Assembly (NCBI GenBank): GCA_044233485.1
Contig: JBIIJY010000001.1
Span: 80,701 to 144,700, forward strand
Length of the DNA: 64,000 nt
Direction of reading: 5' to 3'
Source of the DNA: Minisyncoccia bacterium
GTDB lineage: Bacteria > Patescibacteriota > Minisyncoccia > Phycocordibacterales > UBA6065
Below, piece by piece: positions 38,528 through 47,564 of the stretch. Each line of letters starts with the position of its first letter. Within the stretch, counting starts at the first letter, position 1. The notes below the pieces were generated by a model. It was given only the letters and a program-made list of their open reading frames with translations, was not told where the DNA came from and made no database searches. The translations under genes were made by a program, and so were the position numbers.

Positions 38528-38567
38528 TCCCCGCTCGCCTTGTAAAAGGCGACGCGGGGGCTTTTTT
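38528..38567 (+). terminator. Intrinsic terminator after the 6S-like RNA
   Basis: ccccgctcgcctt..aaggcgacgcgggg followed by a T run. Confidence 0.75.
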
Positions 38568-38610
38568 ATACCTTTATTTTCCGCGCAAATCCGTATATAG
38601 TGATACCTAT

Positions 38611-40821
38611 ATGGCACTCCCTGAAAAACTAACGAAACCCTACAACCCCCAAGAGACCGAACCTCGAGTCTATAAGCTCGAAGAGGAGTCGGGACTTTTC
38701 AATCCAGATATCGCGGTAGCGCAAGGCTTTACTGCAGCAGATGCAAAACCCTATACTATCATCCTCCCGCCACCAAACGTCACCGGCGTCCTTCATATGG
38801 GACACGCCCTCATGGTGACCATACAGGACATTCTCATTCGTTTTCATCGACTTAAGGGATACAAGACGCTCTGGCTTCCAGGGACAGATCACGCGGCAAT
38901 CGCCACTCAGTCTGTCGTCGAAAAAAAGATTTCTAAAGAAGAAGGCAAGAGTCGATACGATGTCGGTCGAGACGAGCTCCTTCGGCGTATCGGAGAATTC
39001 GCTCAATCAAGTCACGACACCATCGTCGGCCAAATGAAAGTACTCGGTGCATCACTAGACTGGTCACGAGAAGCCTTTACTCTCGATGAAAAACGTACGC
39101 GCGCGGTATATACCGTGTTTGAGCAGATGTACAATGACGGACTCATCTTTCGAGGAAATCGAATCGTCAACTGGGATCCAAAAGGCCAGACGACGATTTC
39201 TGACGATGAGATCGTTTACGAAGCCCGGAAAGCCAAACTCTACACGTTCAAATACGCTCCTGATTTCCCTATCGCGATCTCAACTACACGACCAGAGACG
39301 AAAGTCGGAGATGTGGCTGTGGCTGTGCATCCGAGCGATGAACGCTATCGTGAGTATGTCGGAAAAGAGTATGACCTTGAATTTTGCGGCGCGCCAATTC
39401 ATGTTCGCATCGTCGCCGATGAGTCGGTAGAAAAAGAGTTCGGTACAGGAGCGCTCGGTGTTACTCCAGCTCACTCGGCTATCGACTGGGAGATTGCGAA
39501 TCGACACGACCTCCCTCGCCCGCAAGTGATCAATGAATATGCGAAGATAACCAATATCCCGGCAACAAGTCCGATTTTTGGTAAAAAAGTAGCGGAGGCG
39601 CGGGAGCTCGTCGTCGCTTGGCTGACCGAGCAAAATCTTCTCATCGAGGCAAAGGAGATTGAGCAAAACATCACGACCGCAGAACGAACTGGTGGCATCA
39701 TTGAGCCACTTCCAAAACTTCAGTGGTTTGTGAATGTAAATAAGCCGATCCCCGCCCGAGGTAACAAAACGCTCAAGGAGCTCATGCGCGAGCCAGTAGA
39801 GTCTGGTCGTATTGCGATACATCCAGATTATTTTGGAAAGACCTATTTCCACTGGATTGACAATCTTCGTGACTGGTGTATCTCACGCCAGATCTGGTAC
39901 GGACACCGAATTCCAGTTTGGTATAAAGACACCGTAGCAGCTGACGGAACAGTGAAACAAGAAATCATGTGCACGACCACTGCACCAGTCGATTCTGGAT
40001 GGAAACAAGACGAGGACACACTCGACACCTGGTTCTCATCAGCTCTGTGGACGTTCTCAACTCTCGGCTGGCCAGAGAAAACTCCAGATCTTAAAATGTT
40101 CCACCCAACAGACGTGCTCGAGACCGGGTATGAGATCCTCTTTTTCTGGGTCGCCCGAATGATTCTTATGTCTCAGTATGTACTTGGTGAGATTCCGTTC
40201 AAGCACGTCTACCTCCACGGAACGGTGCGTGATGCTCAAGGGCGAAAAATGTCAAAGACACTCGGTAATGGACTCGACCCGCTCGAGATCGCAAAAGAGT
40301 TTGGTTCAGATGCTGGACGTATGGCACTGATTTACGGAACAGCTCCTGGAACTGACTCAAAGATTTCGAAAGACAAGATTAAAGGGTATCGAAACTTTGC
40401 CAACAAAGTCTGGAATATTTCTCGGTTTATTCTCGAGTCGACTGAAGGCATTACCTACGATAAGGTGTTCACCGCTTGGACACCGGCAGACAAAGCACAT
40501 ATTGAAAAACGAGATCAGGAATTTGCCCTGCTTACTCGAGAGCTCGATGAATTCAATCTTCATATCGCCGCTGAGCGTATCTATCAGTACCTCTGGAAAG
40601 AAGTTGCCGATACTATCATCGAGGAATCAAAACCAATTCTCAAAGGAACTGATATGACTGCACGAGAAAGTCGTGGTCAATTCTTGCTCCACACGCTGAG
40701 AACGAGCCTTGTCTGCCTGCATCCATTCATGCCACACCTCACCAACGAGCTCTGGACACTGCTCCCATTCCGTTCTACACGGCCTTTGCTTGTCGAAGAG
40801 TGGCCAGTCGTGCGAAAATAG
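38611..40821 (+). CDS. valS: Valine--tRNA ligase (lacks the C-terminal coiled-coil arm)
   Basis: PPPNVTGVLHMGH, GTDHAAIATQ, DWCISRQIWYGH, KMSK; start at MALPEK. Confidence 0.96.
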   Translation: MALPEKLTKPYNPQETEPRVYKLEEESGLFNPDIAVAQGFTAADAKPYTIILPPPNVTGVLHMGHALMVTIQDILIRFHRLKGYKTLWLPGTDHAAIATQSVVEKKISKEEGKSRYDVGRDELLRRIGEFAQSSHDTIVGQMKVLGASLDWSREAFTLDEKRTRAVYTVFEQMYNDGLIFRGNRIVNWDPKGQTTISDDEIVYEARKAKLYTFKYAPDFPIAISTTRPETKVGDVAVAVHPSDERYREYVGKEYDLEFCGAPIHVRIVADESVEKEFGTGALGVTPAHSAIDWEIANRHDLPRPQVINEYAKITNIPATSPIFGKKVAEARELVVAWLTEQNLLIEAKEIEQNITTAERTGGIIEPLPKLQWFVNVNKPIPARGNKTLKELMREPVESGRIAIHPDYFGKTYFHWIDNLRDWCISRQIWYGHRIPVWYKDTVAADGTVKQEIMCTTTAPVDSGWKQDEDTLDTWFSSALWTFSTLGWPEKTPDLKMFHPTDVLETGYEILFFWVARMILMSQYVLGEIPFKHVYLHGTVRDAQGRKMSKTLGNGLDPLEIAKEFGSDAGRMALIYGTAPGTDSKISKDKIKGYRNFANKVWNISRFILESTEGITYDKVFTAWTPADKAHIEKRDQEFALLTRELDEFNLHIAAERIYQYLWKEVADTIIEESKPILKGTDMTARESRGQFLLHTLRTSLVCLHPFMPHLTNELWTLLPFRSTRPLLVEEWPVVRK

Positions 40822-40825
40822 AGAG

Positions 40826-41530
40826 GTGGATTCAACTCAGATCTTACAAGCCTTCGCTTTTTCATTCTTCGGAGGAATTATTCCAGCACTCGTCTGGCTA
40901 TGGTTTTGGATACAAGAAGATAAAGCTCATCCCGAGCCAAAGAAAAATATCTTTCTCGCCTGCCTAGCTGGTTTTCTTTCAGTCATCATCGCGCTTGGTT
41001 TACAAAAACTTGTAGTCGCGTTTGGTTTTGACCCTTATCATGAGCAGACAGTAATTATATTTGCCAGCATCGAAGAACTCGTGAAGTACTACATGGTCTT
41101 TTTGATCGCCCTTCGCCTACCGATCTGTGATGAACCGATCGATGAGATGGTATACATGGTCGCCGGAGCGATCGGCTTTGCAGCACTGGAGAATATGCTC
41201 TATATTCTCAACCCCCTCCTTGACGGCAGAATTGCCGAGAGTATTTCAACAGGAAACTTACGCTTTATTGGGCCAACTCTACTTCACATTGTAGCTTCAG
41301 GGATCATCGGATACTTTGCCGGGCTCTCCTTCTACGGAAGCCGTCTCAAAAAAACCACCTATCGAATCCTGGGGATCACGCTCGCCTGCATCATCCACAT
41401 CGCCTACAACCTCTACATTCTCAATGCTTTTTCGATACAACTTTTTGCCTTTGTGGGTGTGTGGATAGCGGTCATTGTGCTCATCCTACTATTTGAGAGA
41501 ATTAAAGGAGTAACACAACCACAAAACTAA
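40826..41530 (+). CDS. PrsW family intramembrane metalloprotease
   Basis: EDKAHPEP, EELVK, GFAALEN, LLH, IIH..YN. Confidence 0.9.
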   Translation: MDSTQILQAFAFSFFGGIIPALVWLWFWIQEDKAHPEPKKNIFLACLAGFLSVIIALGLQKLVVAFGFDPYHEQTVIIFASIEELVKYYMVFLIALRLPICDEPIDEMVYMVAGAIGFAALENMLYILNPLLDGRIAESISTGNLRFIGPTLLHIVASGIIGYFAGLSFYGSRLKKTTYRILGITLACIIHIAYNLYILNAFSIQLFAFVGVWIAVIVLILLFERIKGVTQPQN

Positions 41531-41540
41531 TCTCACCACT

Positions 41541-41999
41541 ATGGCACCAAAACGTACTTTTTTCGAACGACTCACCGGCTCCCTCAAAGAATCCGACTCG
41601 AGTTCAAGTAAACACTTGCACGTCTCTCACGAAGACGGTGATGTGACGATCCCTGACGAAGAATCAGTCGATGGTCAGCTCGCGGTAGATGTATATCAGA
41701 CTCCCGATGAGATCATCATCAAGACAATGGTCGCCGGTGTAAAGCCTGATGATCTTGATATTCAGATTACTCGTGACATGGTCGTCATTCGCGGTGAACG
41801 AAGTGAACTCCAAGAAGAACAGTCGGCAGACTATTTCCACAAAGAATTGTACTGGGGAACTTTTTCTCGAGCGGTTCAACTCCCCGAAGAGGTCGAGGTT
41901 GAAGAAGCAGAGGCGGTCGAAAAGCACGGTCTACTCATTCTCCGATTGCCAAAGATAGACAAGACAAAGCAGAATAAAGTAAAAGTAAAATCACTCTAA
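41541..41999 (+). CDS. Hsp20/alpha-crystallin small heat shock protein
   Basis: VDVYQT, GVKPDDLDI, GTFSRAVQLP, GLLILRLPK. Confidence 0.93.
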   Translation: MAPKRTFFERLTGSLKESDSSSSKHLHVSHEDGDVTIPDEESVDGQLAVDVYQTPDEIIIKTMVAGVKPDDLDIQITRDMVVIRGERSELQEEQSADYFHKELYWGTFSRAVQLPEEVEVEEAEAVEKHGLLILRLPKIDKTKQNKVKVKSL

Positions 42000-42027
42000 A
42001 CAAAAACTCCCTTCGGGGAGTTTTTGT

Positions 42028-42297
42028 TTAGAGTGAATCTACGAAGTCACAGATCTCCTGATCTGCCCGAGTAAACTGTGTCGCTATGTCTCCACGAGGT
42101 TCCGTGCCAATAAGTGCTAAGAACAATTGACTTGTGCGGAGTAGTTCTCGACCTCCATGACGTTGTTCAAGTTTTTTAACAAAATCAAATATCGAATCCT
42201 GAACTCGTTGGAGCTCAGTCGGGTCGCCTGATTGTACTTTCGCGAGTAATTTCTGTCGAATACGATCGACTGATTCATTTCCATTACATTGTTCCAT
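42028..42297 (-). CDS. Small hypothetical protein
   Basis: 89-aa ORF overlapping the murE stop, followed by terminator 42002-42025. Confidence 0.55.
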   Translation of the reverse strand: MEQCNGNESVDRIRQKLLAKVQSGDPTELQRVQDSIFDFVKKLEQRHGGRELLRTSQLFLALIGTEPRGDIATQFTRADQEICDFVDSL

Positions 42298-43636
42298 GAC
42301 TGTATATTTTGGTTAATTCTTCACGTACTACCACTCTATCATCCCATGGTAGTTCTTTTCCATTGACGATCATTGATTGCTCAGCTCCTTTGCCAGTAAT
42401 CATCACACAGTCCCCTGACTTTGCTAGAGAAAGAGCCTTTCGGATTCCCTCGCGACGATCCTCGATTGTAAAGACGGTCTCGTTCTCAATTTTTCCGAAA
42501 GCGACAACAGAATTTTTAATATCCAAAAGTATTTCTTGCGGATCGTCTTCATACGGATCAACATTTGAAACGACCACGTAGTCGGCATACCGACCGACCA
42601 CTTCACCCATCTGACTTCGCTTCGCCTTGTCGCGCCCTCCACCCTCAGCTCCCAAGAGAATAATTACCTTACCACTCTCGCCCGCAAGACCGCGTGCGGT
42701 GTCGACGGCATACTTCATACTGATCTTTTCGTGGGCATAGTCTACAAACACCTTGAATCCTTGACCGACGGTTATTTCTTCCATACGGCCAGGAATCAGA
42801 GCTACATTACTCACCCCGCGAGCGATTTGCTCGAAGCCAAGACCAAACAGTTCACCGACGCAAATGCCGCCTAGGGCATTGTATATATTGAACGAACCAG
42901 GCAGTGAGAGCGTGTAACGGACTCCATTGACCGAAAATGAAACGGTATCAGAAGCATCCGTTCGTAGTGCCTGATGAGACGACTCAACCAGGAAACTGAA
43001 ATCCATCTTTTGCGCATTACCACTTACTTTAAGAAAATCCTGAGCATGCTCACTATCTTTATTGACGATTGCAGTCGCTGGAATCGCATACGGCACACCC
43101 GGTTTCTTTTTCCATGACTGCAGCACCTTAAATAGTTTCAATTTCTCCCCCTTATACTTTTCAAAACTTCCCCCATGCGAAGGAAGATGTTCTGGAGTGA
43201 GATTGGTAAAAACAGTCACGTCATACTGGATTCCCAGATGTCTATTTTGCTTAATCCCTTCTGACGTTGTCTCGATCACCGCCACTCGTAACCCTTCGGA
43301 ATACATGTCCTTAAGGAGCTTCTGGATGATGTACGGATTGGGCATCGACATATGATAGGGATTCAATATCTCTTCTTTACCATCACGAGAAATAAACGCT
43401 GTAGTGAGGTATCCAACACGAATTCCACCTGCCTGAAGTACTGAAGCGATGTATTTTACGGTTGATGTCTTTCCTTTTGTCCCCGTAACTCCGATCACAA
43501 TCATGTTCTGCGTCGGGAACCCGTTCAAGGCACTGGCAAGCCAAGCGTGGAAGGCGTGATACAAGAGGAGCAGCGGCTCGGGAACAAGGTTTCGTATCAG
43601 GCGAAACTGAGAGATAAAACGTTGTAGGTGATGCAT
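42284..43636 (-). CDS. murE: UDP-N-acetylmuramyl-tripeptide synthetase (MurE-type)
   Basis: GVTGTKGKTS, ETTSEG, FTNLTPEHL, PGRME, VDYAH, GGGRDKAKR. Confidence 0.9.
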   Translation of the reverse strand: MHHLQRFISQFRLIRNLVPEPLLLLYHAFHAWLASALNGFPTQNMIVIGVTGTKGKTSTVKYIASVLQAGGIRVGYLTTAFISRDGKEEILNPYHMSMPNPYIIQKLLKDMYSEGLRVAVIETTSEGIKQNRHLGIQYDVTVFTNLTPEHLPSHGGSFEKYKGEKLKLFKVLQSWKKKPGVPYAIPATAIVNKDSEHAQDFLKVSGNAQKMDFSFLVESSHQALRTDASDTVSFSVNGVRYTLSLPGSFNIYNALGGICVGELFGLGFEQIARGVSNVALIPGRMEEITVGQGFKVFVDYAHEKISMKYAVDTARGLAGESGKVIILLGAEGGGRDKAKRSQMGEVVGRYADYVVVSNVDPYEDDPQEILLDIKNSVVAFGKIENETVFTIEDRREGIRKALSLAKSGDCVMITGKGAEQSMIVNGKELPWDDRVVVREELTKIYSHGTM

Positions 43637-43667
43637 GTTTTGAGTATAACAAACCAATATGCTCAAG

Positions 43668-43879
43668 CGAACCTACCACATGCGCTGCATGTGGTCTTAG
43701 ATTGTAATTTTGTGCTGGGACCCAGGTTCGCCCGCACCTCTCGTCTCGTCGTCACTCGACTCGGGTTGGGCACCGCCTCGCTATTTTTCGAAGCGAAAAA
43801 TAAAGCTCCGGCGTTCGAACCTGCCATACGCTCTCGCATATGGCACTAGATTCTAATTATGTGCTGGGACCCAGGTTCG
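43668..43879. repeat. Imperfect ~63-bp direct repeats containing the tRNA-Phe 3' end, separated by a hairpin-rich spacer
   Basis: 43668-43730 vs 43816-43879: cgaacct..cca..tgg..tagatt.taatt.tgtgctgggacccaggttcg. Confidence 0.8.
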
Positions 43880-43934
43880 AACTGGGGACCCTTCCCTCTT
43901 CAGGGGAATGCTCTACCAACTGAGCTATCCCAGC
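43862..43934 (-). tRNA. tRNA-Phe(GAA)
   Basis: gctggga/tcccagc acceptor, ttccc-ctGAAga-gggaa anticodon arm, ttcgaac T loop. Confidence 0.95.
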
Positions 43935-43950
43935 AAAATCATTCGTACTC

Positions 43951-44262
43951 CTATCGCTTTGGGAGTGTAACGGGCTGCTTGATGGTCTCGGTGACTTTCT
44001 CTACAGAATTAGTCACCGTGTCCAAACCAGACTTAACAGTTTCAATATTTGTCTGCATCTGCATGTAGACCGTCTTTAATTGGTCGTAGTAAGGCAGAAT
44101 ACTGTAATACGCCCCTACCACTGCCGCGATCATGACCCCCCAGTAGACGACCTTAAAGAAGGCACCCATAGAAGCTCGTCGCTGCATCTTTTTCAAGATC
44201 TTATTGTTCTCTTTTGAGAGTTCAGCTACTTCTTGAATCAAGATTCGTTCTTCTGGGGTCAT
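43951..44262 (-). CDS. Hypothetical single-TM protein with coiled-coil segments
   Basis: 103 aa; leaderless-type start. Confidence 0.75.
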   Translation of the reverse strand: MTPEERILIQEVAELSKENNKILKKMQRRASMGAFFKVVYWGVMIAAVVGAYYSILPYYDQLKTVYMQMQTNIETVKSGLDTVTNSVEKVTETIKQPVTLPKR

Positions 44263-44329
44263 GCACCATAATTTAGCATATTTTTACTCACGGGTAAATA
44301 TGCCCCAAAGGCACTTGTTCTCGCGCACA

Positions 44330-44404
44330 TGGTGCCCTCGGCTGGAATTGAACCAACATCTATCCCTTAGGACGGGACTGTTCTATCCGTTGAACTACGG
44401 GGGC
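44330..44404 (-). tRNA. tRNA-Arg(CCT)
   Basis: gcccccgtagttcaacggatagaaca gtccc-gtCCTaa-gggat ...ggttcaattcc..cgagggc ACCA. Confidence 0.9.
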
Positions 44405-44458
44405 AAAGACTAGTACTTCACAGCCTATCAAAAAAGTCGCCGCTGGGCGACTTTTCTT

Positions 44459-44698
44459 TTATTTGATTCCGACCACCTGCTTGAGCGCGTTCTCATCGAA
44501 ACCGACCATCACCTGTCCATCAACATCAATCACCGGAACACCCATCTGACCAGTCTTCTCAACCATCTCCTTTCGAGCAGTAATATCGGTTGCTACATTA
44601 ATATCCTGAAATGGAATATTGTGCTTTGTCAGCAAATCTTTTGCGAGATGACAGTAGTGACAAGTAGGCGTTGAATATATTTTAATCGTATGTGCCAT
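44459..44698 (-). CDS. Glutaredoxin-like protein (NrdH/YruB-type)
   Basis: IYSTPTCHYC, GQMGVPVI, VGFD. Confidence 0.93.
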   Translation of the reverse strand: MAHTIKIYSTPTCHYCHLAKDLLTKHNIPFQDINVATDITARKEMVEKTGQMGVPVIDVDGQVMVGFDENALKQVVGIK

Positions 44699-44752
44699 GT
44701 GAATATTGATTAGGGTTTAATTGTACGCCGACTTGAACGAGAAAGCAAAAAA

Positions 44753-45130
44753 CTAATCAATTCTATCAGCCTGACGCGCTTCTTCGAGTGCGCGTAACTC
44801 TTGACGTTTGATCGCATCTGGATTATCAGACTCTGCAACCTTGTCTGGTTCTGGTAGAGCGGCAACAAGTTCCTGTACTTTGTCACGTAGACCATAGGTA
44901 TGAGCGAAAACCCTAAGGAGACTCTTTGAGTGCGCCATTGCTGGTACACCCTCGAGGACAAAATCACGAAGTAATTCTTTTGCGTCTAAAGAGACTTTAA
45001 ACTCAGGGTCTTGGGCTTCTATTTGTTCAATCACCGTCTGTAACTCACCGATCGATCCGACCTCGGCAATCATCTTTGCTGCACCCTGTTCCACCGAACC
45101 TTCATCTGCATTAAATGTTTCTGGATTCAT
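44753..45130 (-). CDS. Hypothetical protein
   Basis: 125-aa acidic ORF. Confidence 0.65.
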   Translation of the reverse strand: MNPETFNADEGSVEQGAAKMIAEVGSIGELQTVIEQIEAQDPEFKVSLDAKELLRDFVLEGVPAMAHSKSLLRVFAHTYGLRDKVQELVAALPEPDKVAESDNPDAIKRQELRALEEARQADRID

Positions 45131-45167
45131 TGCTTTGTTATCGTATTACTTTTATGGAGCAAGTATA

Positions 45168-46148
45168 TCACTTTCGAAAACGGTTCGAGATATAATTTTG
45201 AACTTCCGACAAAGAAAGTGAGGTCGTGCTATTGCCTGTCCGGACGAAAAATTCTTCTTTTGAATCACCGACCGAAACATACACCGGCTCATGAGCCGCA
45301 TCTACCTCGACAACACACACTTCTCGCCCTTCATGACTCTCGAATCGTGGTCGTACAAAAGGCACGAAACGAGCGCCGAGGTTTGACTTCAGTGAAAGAT
45401 TTAAATGATTATGAAACCCATCTCGATCCTTTCGATTTAAAGTGTCAAAATCTGGAGAAATACCCGTTACTTCCCGCTTATCATTCACACCAAGTACGAG
45501 CACTCCGCCACCACCGTTCAAGAAACCTGCAATTGTCTTCAGAGCCGCTCGCTCAACATCTTTTGAAACCTTACCCTGCCGAACATCGAATCGATAGGTT
45601 TCTTTGAACTCGAGTCGCTCATGCTCGTCTTGCTTGAGTAGTTCATTGAGTGGAATCGATTCTCCCCTGCGTCCATGAATACGGTCTAGCGTACGCTTAA
45701 TTACCGGCACAATGTCGTAGACATTCTCCACGTTTCGGATGAGTAGCCGAGAATCATCTGCACGATCAAGCTCGATAGTGGCATGATTAATTATTCTTTC
45801 AAATATACCTTGTCGTGTCGTTACTGAAACGAAACTTGAAAGAGGCATTGTCGTGCCACGGCGAGAAAAGATTCCTCGTCGACGAGTAATTTCTCGATCT
45901 TTGATTTCAAAATATGAGAAATACCAGAGTAAAAAGACAAAGAGCACCGCTCCGACCTGGAAAAGCGAAAAAGCGAGCATTATAAAGAGGTCGTATCGAA
46001 AAGCTTTTAGCAGCGGAATCCCTCGGTAGAGCTGCTCATAGTTGGCCAAAAAAGAGACCGCATACAAAACTATCCCGATTATGATTTCGGTCGTAATAAT
46101 GTTGCGAACAAGTACTAGCGGGCCTTCTTTTATGACTAAACGGTTCAT
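45168..46148 (-). CDS. Membrane protein: 2 TM + bacterial PH (bPH_2-like) + Schlafen/AlbA_2 domain
   Basis: ITRRRGIFSR..QGIFERI (bPH2-like); EHERLEFK, IAGFLNGGGGVLVLGVND, FFVRTGNST (AlbA_2). Confidence 0.85.
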   Translation of the reverse strand: MNRLVIKEGPLVLVRNIITTEIIIGIVLYAVSFLANYEQLYRGIPLLKAFRYDLFIMLAFSLFQVGAVLFVFLLWYFSYFEIKDREITRRRGIFSRRGTTMPLSSFVSVTTRQGIFERIINHATIELDRADDSRLLIRNVENVYDIVPVIKRTLDRIHGRRGESIPLNELLKQDEHERLEFKETYRFDVRQGKVSKDVERAALKTIAGFLNGGGGVLVLGVNDKREVTGISPDFDTLNRKDRDGFHNHLNLSLKSNLGARFVPFVRPRFESHEGREVCVVEVDAAHEPVYVSVGDSKEEFFVRTGNSTTSLSLSEVQNYISNRFRK

Positions 46149-46171
46149 ATTCCTGAGTATACAGGAACAAC

Positions 46172-46939
46172 TTAAAAATCAATATCCTGGAGCGTATAGG
46201 CTCCGATTTTTGTCCGATGAATACGCCAGGCGAGCGCTGGTAAAGTAGCTAATTCACCAAGTTTCTCTGCCACTACTCGTATATATGCACCTGAGGAGGC
46301 CTCTGCTCGATAGGCTACGCACACCCACTTGCGCCCCGGGTGCTGATGCGCCCATTCCTGCCACGTACGAGCGATGACCTCCTGACGAAAATCTCCTTTG
46401 ACCATCGCGATGTCTTCAAGTGTTTTTTTGACAATTTCCTCTGTTGTCTTGATAGAGGTACCTGAGCTCACCAATGAACTGATAGTAATTTCTCGGGTAG
46501 GAATATCTACTGCCAACCCTTCTCGAGCATAGGCAAAAAGAGGTTTTCCATCCACTGTCTTACTTGAATAGAGTGGATATGTCTGGGTCGATGTCCCGAT
46601 GAGCTGCTCACAGGCTGCTGAGGATTGCATCCGTGTCTCGAGTGCAGACACATCACTTATTGATGTACTTGCTTTTATTTCACCCAGCGCATCACCGGTG
46701 TCAGTCCCTACCCCATAGAGCACCTCAAACTCATACGTTTTATCAAGCCCAAGATAGCGTTCTTTATTCTTGCACTCTTCACCGACAAGAAGTAACAGTA
46801 GGCCTGAGGCCAGCGGATCGAGTCGACCAGCGTAGGTCATTGGCACCGAGTCATCGATGCCGGCCAATCCTCGAACCCGCTCCAGCGCCTCAAGTGGTGT
46901 TTCGCCTCGCTTCTTTTCCACACACAATAGAGATTTCAT
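46172..46939 (-). CDS. truB: tRNA pseudouridine synthase B (short)
   Basis: YAGRLDPLASGLL, KTYEF..G..TDTGD, PLYSSKTVDGKPL, SSGAYIR, RTKIG. Confidence 0.88.
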   Translation of the reverse strand: MKSLLCVEKKRGETPLEALERVRGLAGIDDSVPMTYAGRLDPLASGLLLLLVGEECKNKERYLGLDKTYEFEVLYGVGTDTGDALGEIKASTSISDVSALETRMQSSAACEQLIGTSTQTYPLYSSKTVDGKPLFAYAREGLAVDIPTREITISSLVSSGTSIKTTEEIVKKTLEDIAMVKGDFRQEVIARTWQEWAHQHPGRKWVCVAYRAEASSGAYIRVVAEKLGELATLPALAWRIHRTKIGAYTLQDIDF

Positions 46940-47020
46940 ACAGAACCTAGACTATCACAGTCGGAATCGTTCTCACACTGACCGGACTGTACTTTCCAGG
47001 TAAAAAGAATAGACTACCAA

Positions 47021-47473
47021 ATGAAAGCAGGACATTTTATGGACACACCTACCCATGTAGTAAACATCTGTCTCATCAAAGGAGACAAAATCCTCCTTGT
47101 ATGCAAACAAAAAACCAAAGGACAATACTGGATACTTCCTGGCGGTAAACAACTCTCCAATGAAACCGATCAGGCGACACTACAACGAGAACTTGGTGAA
47201 GAGATTCCTGAGTTAACTTTCAGCCTCGGGGCACGGATCGTCGAACGACACGCAACACAAAGTATTGGCGGGAAACCAATCACCGTAAGTGCTTATCTGG
47301 GGACTATCACTTCCGGCAACATAGACCCCTCGGACGATGACCCGATCATCGGCACAGGATGGTTCGCAAGCGGTGAAGTGTTTGACGATGATAAAGACCC
47401 TGAGAATGAGTTCATCATCTCGGACGCCACCTACGAGATTCTCGACGCAATACGGGCCGATGGTCGTTTCTAG
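47021..47473 (+). CDS. NUDIX hydrolase
   Basis: Nudix box WILPGGKQLSNETDQATLQRELGEE. Confidence 0.88.
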   Translation: MKAGHFMDTPTHVVNICLIKGDKILLVCKQKTKGQYWILPGGKQLSNETDQATLQRELGEEIPELTFSLGARIVERHATQSIGGKPITVSAYLGTITSGNIDPSDDDPIIGTGWFASGEVFDDDKDPENEFIISDATYEILDAIRADGRF

Positions 47474-47564
47474 CCAAAGATCAACACAAAGCCTCCCTGT
47501 ACCGATGTGTGCAGGGGCTTTTTTGTTCCAAAAAAGCCCCTGCTAGGCTATACTAAACACCACT

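Noticed and set aside
38300-38567. tmRNA (standard or permuted), RNase P RNA or a T-box leader for valS
   Set aside because: GGGGGTGAA resembles a tmRNA 5' end, but there is no matching T-arm/acceptor-CCA. There is no GAGGAAAGTC RNase P core and no TGGNACC T-box. A rod fold fits 6S better.
38497-38610. N-terminal extensions of valS (also uvrB, AI-2E, prsW, GIY-YIG) in the ORF track
   Set aside because: The extensions cross terminators, promoters or neighbouring genes; downstream starts match family N-termini and nearby -10 boxes.
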